Assembly (NCBI GenBank): GCA_963762145.1
Contig: CAVXJS010000017.1
Location: forward strand, 1-64,000
Source: an uncultured Candidatus Rokubacteria bacterium
Lineage (GTDB): Bacteria; Methylomirabilota; Methylomirabilia; Rokubacteriales; CSP1-6
Length of the DNA stretch: 64,000 nucleotides
Reading direction: 5' to 3'
Position 1 is the first letter of the stretch, and the number at the start of each line of letters is the position of its first letter. Positions 58,863 through 64,000 of this stretch are shown piece by piece. The translations under genes were made by a program, and so were the position numbers. The notes under the pieces were generated by a model. It was not told the origin of the DNA, did no database searches, and saw only the letters and a program-made list of their open reading frames with translations.

Positions 58863-59596
58863 AGGTCGAGGTGTTCGGCAAGACGGATCGAGGCCGCGCG
58901 CGCCCGGACAACGAGGACGCCTTCCTCGTCGCGGATCTGACCGACTCGTGCGCGCTCCGGCAGTCCATCGTCCTGGAGCGAAAGGTGGGCGAGTGCGGTG
59001 TCCTCCTGGTGGTGGCGGATGGGATGGGCGGGATGGCGGCCGGTGAGGTGGCGAGCGACATGGCGACGCACACCATCTACACGCATCTGACCGAGCCGAC
59101 GCGCGCGAAGGCAACCGAGCCCAGGCTGTTCGCGGAGCGGCTCCAGGAAGCGCTCGAGACGGCCAACGGCGATATCCACGGCTACGCCCTGGCGCACCCC
59201 GAGCTGCGCGGGATGGGCACGACCGCGACCGCGGCGGGCTTCCTGGGCGACTCGGTGTACGTCGCGCACGTGGGCGACAGTCGAGCGTACCTGGTCCGTG
59301 ATCGGCGCATTCGCCAGCTGACGCAGGATCAATCGCTTGCCCAGCACGTGATCCTGCAGGCCCTCGGGCCCGCCACGGACGTGCGCGTCGCCATGACCCA
59401 TCAGCGGGTGCAGCGCGCGGACATCCTGGTCCTCTGCTCCGATGGTCTGTCGAATGCGGTGTCGAGCGATGAGATCGCGGACGTCGTGTCGGGGGAAGCC
59501 GAGGTCTCTGCCGCGTGTGACCGTCTCGTGGCCCTGGCCAATGAACGGGGCGGGGCCGACAACATCACGATCATCCTCGCTCGGGTCGCGCGGTAA
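58859..59596 (+). CDS. PP2C-family Ser/Thr protein phosphatase
   Basis: TDRG..RPDNED, VADGMGG, GMGTT, HVGDSRAY, LCSDGL, GGADNIT; flap region shortened. Confidence 0.9.
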   Translation: MKVEVFGKTDRGRARPDNEDAFLVADLTDSCALRQSIVLERKVGECGVLLVVADGMGGMAAGEVASDMATHTIYTHLTEPTRAKATEPRLFAERLQEALETANGDIHGYALAHPELRGMGTTATAAGFLGDSVYVAHVGDSRAYLVRDRRIRQLTQDQSLAQHVILQALGPATDVRVAMTHQRVQRADILVLCSDGLSNAVSSDEIADVVSGEAEVSAACDRLVALANERGGADNITIILARVAR

Positions 59597-59605
59597 CGAT
59601 CGCGG

Positions 59606-60436
59606 TCACACGCGAAGTCGGCGCTTCAAGATCCGAAGCCCGTTGTCCAGCGGGGCGACCAACCGGGCCAGGAAGCGGCCGACGCGACCCATCTCTCGGT
59701 ACTTGGCCGCTTCCTGCTCCAGCCGCCGACACTGTCCGTCGAGGAGCGTCTCCGCGTGGGTGACGTAGTTATCCATGATGTTGGCCGGAATGCTCACGGT
59801 AGAAAGCAGAGAGGCGGCGTCTTCCGAGCGCACGTAAAAGCGATTGACACCATCAAAGAGCCCGAACCGATAGTCCGCCGCGACCAGCAAGTCTTCCCAT
59901 AGCTGATGCGTGGGCTCGGGGGACCACGGCTTGGTCGCTTCGATGACCAGGATGCGAGGTCTCCACGTTCGAAAGTCGGCCCCGAGCAGCACCGCCCGCT
60001 CGTGCCCTTCCACGTCGATGGACAGGAAGTCGATCGTGCGCTCACCGACGTGCCGCTCGCACAGCTCGGCGAGGGTTAGCAGCGGAACATCGTAGGAGAC
60101 CGCGGTGTGGCCCTTGTGCTGATATTCGAGGGCCTGTTTCCGGGAGAAGGTCGACAGCGCGACATCCTCCTTGATCTCGTAGAAGGTCGTCTCCCCGATC
60201 CGGTCCGAGATACCCGCGCAAACAAGAACGTCTCGCGGGCGCAGCGGTCGGAAGACCTCGGCGCGAGACGGGATGGGCTCGACGTTGACGCCGCACCATC
60301 CGCGATCGCTGAAATACTTGGTGTTCGACCCGAAAACCGGATGACAGGCTCCGATGTCGATGAAGAAGCCGGTCTCCTGTTCGGCGAACGCCCGGCGCAG
60401 AACGACGTCCTCGCGATTTGACCCGTACGAGACCAT
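59606..60436 (-). CDS. FkbM family methyltransferase
   Basis: SY...EDV, FFIDIGA, NVEP, IDFLSIDVEGHE, FDGVNRFY. Confidence 0.9.
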   Translation of the reverse strand: MVSYGSNREDVVLRRAFAEQETGFFIDIGACHPVFGSNTKYFSDRGWCGVNVEPIPSRAEVFRPLRPRDVLVCAGISDRIGETTFYEIKEDVALSTFSRKQALEYQHKGHTAVSYDVPLLTLAELCERHVGERTIDFLSIDVEGHERAVLLGADFRTWRPRILVIEATKPWSPEPTHQLWEDLLVAADYRFGLFDGVNRFYVRSEDAASLLSTVSIPANIMDNYVTHAETLLDGQCRRLEQEAAKYREMGRVGRFLARLVAPLDNGLRILKRRLRV

Positions 60437-60627
60437 TCGCTCGAGCAAGGCGCTCTCGCTCTAGTTCGGCTGGTTTGCCGTGCCGCGGTGGTGATGCGCC
60501 ATCCGGTCGCATGGTGCAACGGGGGCTGCAGGAGGTCAACCTCGGGCGGCTGCCCGCAAGCTTGCGATCCCGCGGGTAGCGTGTGCCGTTTTCCGTCAGG
60601 CCGCCCGACAGGACGTGACAATCTCCG

Positions 60628-61936
60628 CTCGCCCTTGCGGCTCCCGATCGCCTCGGGGAGCTCGCGCGTGACCGCGGACGCGGGGGAGCTCTCGGGGGTC
60701 CGGGCGCTGATCGTGGATGACAACGAGATCAACCGACAGGTGCTGCGTGAGCGGCTCGCGAGCTGGCGGATGCGAGCCGACGACGTGGCGTCTGCCACGG
60801 CGGCCCTGGCCGCGCTGCGGGCTGCGGCGGCGGCCGGTGATCCCTTCGGCATGGTGCTCACGGACTTCGAGATGCCGGACGGAGACGGGGAGACGCTCGC
60901 CCGAGCGGTGCGCAGTGATCCGGTGTTGCGCGGGGTACCGATGGTGCTGCTGACGTCGGTGGATCAGCCGGAAGGGACCGAGCACGTCCGGGCTGCCGGC
61001 TTCGGCGCCTACCTGGTCAAACCGGTCCGCGCCTCGCTCCTCATGGATGCGATGCTGACGGTCTGGAGCGGCCGGCTGGAGAGCGAGGCCCGGGAGATGG
61101 TGACCCAGGCGACGCTGACGGGGCGTCGGAGCGAGCGGGCACCGGTCGAGACCGGGCCCGCCACCGCGCTCCACGTCCGGGTCCTGCTTGTCGAGGACAA
61201 CGCAGTCAACCAGCAGGTCGCGACCGCGATGCTGGAGCAGCTCGGGGCCCGCATGGACGTCGCCGCCGATGGGAAGGAGGCGCTCGAGCAGGTGGCGCTC
61301 CTGCCGTACGACCTCATCTTCATGGACTGCGAGATGCCCGAGGTGGACGGGTACGCGGCGACCGCCGAGATCAGACGCCGAGAAGGCGGGGGCCGACGGA
61401 TCCCGATCGTGGCGATGACCGCTCACGCCATGGAGGGGGACCGGGAACGGTGCCTGGAAGCCGGGATGGATGACTACATCTCCAAGCCGGTGAGCCCCGC
61501 GGCCATCGCGGCCGCGGTCCGCCGGTGGGTGCGCGCGTCCGGCGCCGGCCGGGAGGCGGGGCCCGCCGGCACACCGCCCGCGGCCCTGGATGCTGCCCGG
61601 ATCGCCCAGCTTCGGGCCACCCTTGGACGGGGGAACGAGGCCCCGTTCCGGCGGCTCGTCGAGACGTTCCTCGGTGACACGGGTGCTCGCCTCGGGGAGC
61701 TCCGGCAGTGCCTGAATCGCAAGGACGCGGCCATGGTGCGTCGGCTCGCGCACACGCTGCGAGGGAGCTGCCTGAGCCTCGGCGCGCTGCGCATGACCGA
61801 AGTGGCGAGCGCGCTGGAGCGCGCGTCTGCGCAAGGGGATGGCGCGACGGCTGCCCTGATCGACCAGCTCGAAGCAGAGTTCCGACGGGCCGAGTCGGCG
61901 CTCTCTACCCTCCTCGAAGGGGGCCAGAAGTCGTGA
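60628..61936 (+). pseudogene. C-terminal REC-REC-HPt portion of a hybrid histidine kinase (5' part missing)
   Basis: ALIVDDN, LLVEDNAVNQ, FMDCEMP, AHTLRGS; no HisKA/HATPase domain, start or RBS upstream. Confidence 0.75.
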
Positions 61937-62514
61937 AGATCCTCCTGGTCGACGACGATTCCGCCGCCCGCATGGCTCTGGGTGATCTGCTGGAGCATGG
62001 CGGACACGAGGTCGTGACGACGACGGGAGGCCAGGCCGCCTGGGCGGCTGTTCAGGACGAGTACTTCCCGCTGGTGCTCCTCGACCGCATGATGCCCGAC
62101 CTCGACGGGATCGAGCTGTGTCGCCGGATCCGGGCCCGGCGCCAAACCAGGTACACCTACGTGATTCTCGTGACCATGGTCGGCGGCAAGGAGCCGTACC
62201 TGGAGGGGATGAACGCGGGAGCCGACGACTATTTCAGCAAACCCTTCGATCCCGACGAGCTGCGGGCGCGTCTCCGGGTGGCCGAGCGGGTGCTGAATCT
62301 ACAGGACGAGATCGCGCATCTCCGCGGGCTCCTGCCCATGTGCGCTTACTGCAAGTCCATCCGCGACGAGCACGACGCCTGGATACCGGTCGAGCGGTAC
62401 ATCCAGGAGCGCACGCCCGCCTTGTTGAGCCACGGCATCTGCCCACACTGCTACACCTCGGAAGTCAGGCCGGAGATCGCGCGTCACCGCGCGGCTCGCA
62501 GGACCCACGGCTGA
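61933..62514 (+). CDS. Response regulator with C-terminal CxxC...CxxC domain
   Basis: LLVDDD, LLDRMMP, GADDY.SKP; LPMCAYCKSIRD...SHGICPHC. Confidence 0.85.
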   Translation: MKILLVDDDSAARMALGDLLEHGGHEVVTTTGGQAAWAAVQDEYFPLVLLDRMMPDLDGIELCRRIRARRQTRYTYVILVTMVGGKEPYLEGMNAGADDYFSKPFDPDELRARLRVAERVLNLQDEIAHLRGLLPMCAYCKSIRDEHDAWIPVERYIQERTPALLSHGICPHCYTSEVRPEIARHRAARRTHG

Positions 62515-62526
62515 GGTCAGACCCGT

Positions 62527-63420
62527 CTATCGCTTCTCGATGGTGCGGATCACCGCCGTGTAGTACGCCTCGCTCCATCCCGCGTCGGCGGTGGCCTCGA
62601 GCAGCCGCCGCGTCGTGCCCGCCTGCTCGAGCGTGACACCCGCAGACTCGGCCAGCTGGATGGCGTACGAGAGGTCCTTCAGGATGTACCGGGTGGGGAA
62701 GGCGCCCTCGGTCGGGTGATGGTCGGGTAGCAGCGACCTCATGCCGTGGTTGCGGAGGACGAAGCTGTCGGCGGATCCCTTGGCGAGCGTCTCGAAGAGG
62801 ACGCGCGGCTCCACCACGCCGGAGGCGCGGGCCACCGCGAGGGCCTCGGCGAGGGCGACCACGGTCTGGGCGACCACCATGTTGTTCATGAGCTTCACCG
62901 CCTGGCCCGCGCCCACCCCTCCGCAGTGAGTCACTTCGGAGCCCATGCACGCCAGGAGCGGGCGGAGCCGCGCAAAGAGCGCCGGCTCCCCGCCCACCAT
63001 GATGCTGAGCGTGCCGTCGCGGGCGGCCTGGGCGGTGCGCGCGATCGGCGCGTCGGCGAAGGCGGCGCCGCGCCCGCCGAAGGCCTGCTGGAGCTCCCGC
63101 GCGAGGGCCACCGGGCAGGTGCTCATGTCGACTACCGTCTGCCCCGGCTTCACGAGGGCCGCGAGGCCATCGCCGGCGCCGAGGCAGACCGCGCGCACCT
63201 GAGGCTCTCCCGGTAGGCACAGGAACACGATCTCCGCGCGGCGCGCCACCTCGGCCACCGAGGCCGCGGCCTGCACGCCGTCGGCTGCGAGGGCAGCGAG
63301 CGGCGCCGGCCGCTCGTCGAAGGCCACCACCGTGGCCCCGGATTTTTTCGCCAGGTTTCGACACATCGCCTCGCCCATGACGCCGAGCCCGACGAATCCG
63401 AGCACTCCTGCTGTCGCCAT
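62527..63420 (-). CDS. NAD(P)-dependent beta-hydroxyacid dehydrogenase (3-hydroxyisobutyrate DH family)
   Basis: GFVGLGVMG, VDMST, DAPI, GAGQAVKLMNN, KDL. Confidence 0.92.
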   Translation of the reverse strand: MATAGVLGFVGLGVMGEAMCRNLAKKSGATVVAFDERPAPLAALAADGVQAAASVAEVARRAEIVFLCLPGEPQVRAVCLGAGDGLAALVKPGQTVVDMSTCPVALARELQQAFGGRGAAFADAPIARTAQAARDGTLSIMVGGEPALFARLRPLLACMGSEVTHCGGVGAGQAVKLMNNMVVAQTVVALAEALAVARASGVVEPRVLFETLAKGSADSFVLRNHGMRSLLPDHHPTEGAFPTRYILKDLSYAIQLAESAGVTLEQAGTTRRLLEATADAGWSEAYYTAVIRTIEKR

Positions 63421-63550
63421 GCCTGCCTCCCTTCGCCCTTGAACGGGCGTGCCGGCCCGATAGTAACTGGGTGGGGTGCAGATTGACAGGCGCGCGCGGC
63501 GCTGAGAGGATCGCTCGCCGACCGAGCATGGCAACGTCGGAGCGACACCC

Positions 63551-64000
63551 GTGACGAGCCCATCCGTGACCACGTCCCCCGCGCCGGAGCCGAGCGCGCC
63601 CCTGGCGAGCCGGCTCCGCTGGCTGCTCGGCGCCGGGGTCGGGGCCTGGGCGACCCTGTGTGGGTTCGCCGCCTTCGTTCTCATCCAGGGCAAGCTGGAA
63701 CTCTCCGGGCCGCCCGTCGAAGGTCGCGGTGCGAGCTCCCCCGTCTTCGAGTTCGTGCTGGGCATCGCGGCGGCCGCGCTCGTCTCGTTCGTCGCCGAAT
63801 CGCTCCACGAGCGCATCAAGGAGGGCCCACGAGCCGCCACCGTCACCTTTCCGCGCGTGCTCGTGCTGATGCTCCTCCTCGCCGTCTTCGAGGTGTTCGC
63901 CTCCGCCGGCCACGAGATGGTCGACCACCTGGTCAAGACGCCCCTCGCCACGATCGCCGCCGACGTCCGGACTGCAGTGGCTCCTGCCACTCCGGCGGCC
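63551..64000 (+). CDS. Membrane protein, partial (runs off window)
   Basis: Open frame with three hydrophobic segments; TTGACA-N17-GAGGAT at 63483-63511. Confidence 0.55.
   Translation, partial: MTSPSVTTSPAPEPSAPLASRLRWLLGAGVGAWATLCGFAAFVLIQGKLELSGPPVEGRGASSPVFEFVLGIAAAALVSFVAESLHERIKEGPRAATVTFPRVLVLMLLLAVFEVFASAGHEMVDHLVKTPLATIAADVRTAVAPATPAA

Overview
A very GC-rich bacterial region; the gene content is reminiscent of Candidatus Rokubacteria/Methylomirabilota (inference only). It holds about 65 mostly accessory metabolic and signalling genes. I see no rRNA, tRNA, CRISPR array, transposase or integrase. The main unexplained structure is a 20-bp palindromic box (consensus near TATTGGACCTAGGTCCAATA, core GGAC-N4-GTCC). 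It occurs eight times in intergenic DNA, and a -10-like hexamer begins 31.5 bp from its centre at seven sites (32.5 bp at the eighth). The boxes cluster around a GAF-GAF histidine kinase, a FixJ-type regulator, a single-domain receiver and a Crp/Fnr regulator. They sit upstream of groESL, a LEA-like secreted protein, MlaC, an unannotated zinc-finger mini-protein and a distant glycosyltransferase cassette, which suggests a self-contained FixLJ/DosR-like regulon. Other notable items: a monocistronic secreted protein with a sigma54-type promoter and 20 tandem (S/G)QDIQSPR octapeptides; a single-chain RsbU-RsbW-RsbV fusion with an internal RBS; a double-hotdog/Rv1900c-type cyclase fusion; a 1.7-kb cassette flanked by a duplicated gene 3' end; and an FHA-kinase-TPR-PP2C operon. 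Many genes are truncated, internally deleted or frameshifted, often at homopolymers, so assembly or sequencing error must be excluded for several calls. All calls come from motif recognition by eye; no searches were run.
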